Assembly: GCF_003918875.1 (NCBI RefSeq)
Contig: NW_025767123.1
Span: forward strand, 868,001-932,000
DNA from: Haliotis rubra
Taxonomy: Eukaryota
Reading direction: 5' to 3'
Length of the DNA: 64,000 nt
This document shows, one piece after another, positions 62,254 to 64,000 of the stretch. The notes beneath the pieces were generated by a model, which saw only the letters and a program-made list of their open reading frames with translations, had not been told where the DNA came from and searched no databases. The translations under genes were made by a program, and so were the position numbers. Each line of letters opens with the position of its first letter. Within the stretch, counting starts at the first letter, position 1.

Positions 62254-64000
62254 TATGCACAAGAACCGTCCTTTACGGTAAGTTCCCATCCTTATCTAAC
62301 GGTACTCAACAAATTTCCACCCTTATCTAACGGAACATGCCATTTTCTTATGCGCATAAGTTTTTTTATTATACTAGTTAAGTCTTTGGTATTACATTTA
62401 TGTGTTTAATTGATTTTACGGTGTGTAAATATTGATTTATTAACTTGTCTGCCATCGGACGTAAACAGAGACTGGTGACCATCGATCCATGTTAATATCA
62501 ATATCGGTATTTACTGTGGTTTTAATGTAGTGAATTATTGATTTTCCCCCATTTTTTTTATTCATTTGTAGAGCTGGAACAAGCCGCTAATGACTTGCGA
62601 GCTATTAAGTGTTGTTATTTATATTTGATCTGTAATATCAGAAAACGATTAAAAAGATTGCAAGTTGCCAAGTTCATGTCCTAAAATAGAACCTGTGAAT
62701 ATACCTGTTATTTTATCTATCCACCGGTACCCATGCTAAGACTTGACATATTTGTGTGTACGCATGTAAGATCACATTTATTGAGTACTAGTATTTATAA
62801 AAAATTCAAATGTACTTGTACGTAATAGACTTAATAGGAATTGAGTTTTCACATAGATATTTGCTTAATTTACGTAGATACGCAGCTTATCTGTACCTCT
62901 GGAAATATTTCTCCAGTGATCGTGGAAAGTTTTTCATCAGTGTGTAAGAGCGTACTGGTAGACTGTATATATAGGAATCCTCACGATTGTTTGTTTTGCA
63001 GGACCATGTCTCTCACCTATAATTTGTATACAGACGGTTCCCAAAACCATGAAATGTCTAGTTTTACAAAAAAGAGACCAGACAATCCAGTGATCAACAT
63101 CATGAGCACCAATCTGCGCATTTGGTTTACAATAACACGTGTCAACCAAGTCAGCGAGCTTGACCACCCGATCCCGTGATCCCGTTAGTGCAATGACAAG
63201 CATGGGTTGAAGGAGAATTCTCCAAGGCTTTTCAGGAGTCTTTTACAAAATAAATGACAAAAGCTGAAATATTACAGGATACCTCTCAGGTCAATATTGT
63301 TGAAGGTTTGATTCTCATAATTATTATTACTATTTTGTATTATTAATATACGATATATTTATATAGCGCACATATCCACGTAACTAAAGTACTGTCGGAA
63401 ATAGAAAAAACTGTTTTAGGCTGTTACTCTGTATCCCTAAAATTTACACAACTGCAAATAGCATATGTCGAAATAACCCACTTCGGCCTAACTTGGCATT
63501 CAGTGGGATGCGTAATACGATATCCGGAAAAGCATGTTTACTCGTAAAATCGAGCCAAACTTAGAACTACGAATGCTGCTGAAAACAATAGATCAGACTT
63601 TAGATGGCAATTAGGTCGCTCGGCCAGGTATGACGACGGACCGTCGACTCACCTATAAAAATGCATATGCTGCCTTACAGGCACAAGGGGTCATATCAAA
63701 GATATTTTGTGCTTTTCAGGTGTGCTGACTATGTCTCATCTATTGATTAACATCTTACGTGTCTTTCTTTCATAAAGTTTGTTGAGATAAAAAAGAGTAT
63801 GATACCTGATAACCATAGAAACGCATGTTTTGTCAGACAACCCAGAATCACATTGTAAATCAAGTATGAAGATGTGTCACAGGGTAAACAGTCAATAGGG
63901 TAAGGTGGGTGCCAACTGTTAACCATCATGCAGGTTTGTTTCTCTGAGTTGGATTTAACTGCCAACATTAACCACAAAACCCATTAGTGAGAATTATTCT

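Larger units (their letters stand above)
41117..64000 (+). repeat. Segmental duplication block 2
   Basis: Direct copy of 1-21489 with private indels (MITE 42775-43241, SINE plus hairpin element 51926-53099). Continues past the window end. Confidence 0.9.

Overview
Eukaryotic, AT-rich, repeat-dense genomic DNA. The SINE families with (CACT)n tails suggest a gastropod mollusc, probably abalone (inference). The core is a minus-strand tandem array of seven paralogues of a three-exon gene for a secreted protein of about 347 aa: signal peptide + PAN/apple-like domain (exon 1), a 4-Cys EGF-like module (97-nt exon 2, absent from the ORF track) and an atypical Cys-rich fibrinogen-related domain, FReD (exon 3). 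Four copies have intact spliced ORFs (5753-8721, 41871-44091, 47360-50050, 55991-59743). One is 3'-truncated (646-2831), one has two frameshifts (13558-17378) and one is an orphan exon-3 fragment (34031-34594). Positions 1-21489 recur at about 41117-64000 as a ~41-42 kb-period duplication (or a second haplotype), carrying gene types A, B, C and a Tc1 element. Exon-3 variants are shuffled across paralogue types, which suggests gene conversion. A 44-bp minisatellite of variable length lies just downstream of most stop codons, and a 31-bp minisatellite lies upstream of the B and C genes. The rest is mobile DNA: a full-length but decayed DIRS1-type tyrosine-recombinase retrotransposon with ITRs and ICR, two DD34E Tc1 elements, a decayed Sailor-type (DD83E) transposon and its MITE, Kolobok-, hAT- and Harbinger-like elements, LINE fragments and many SINEs.
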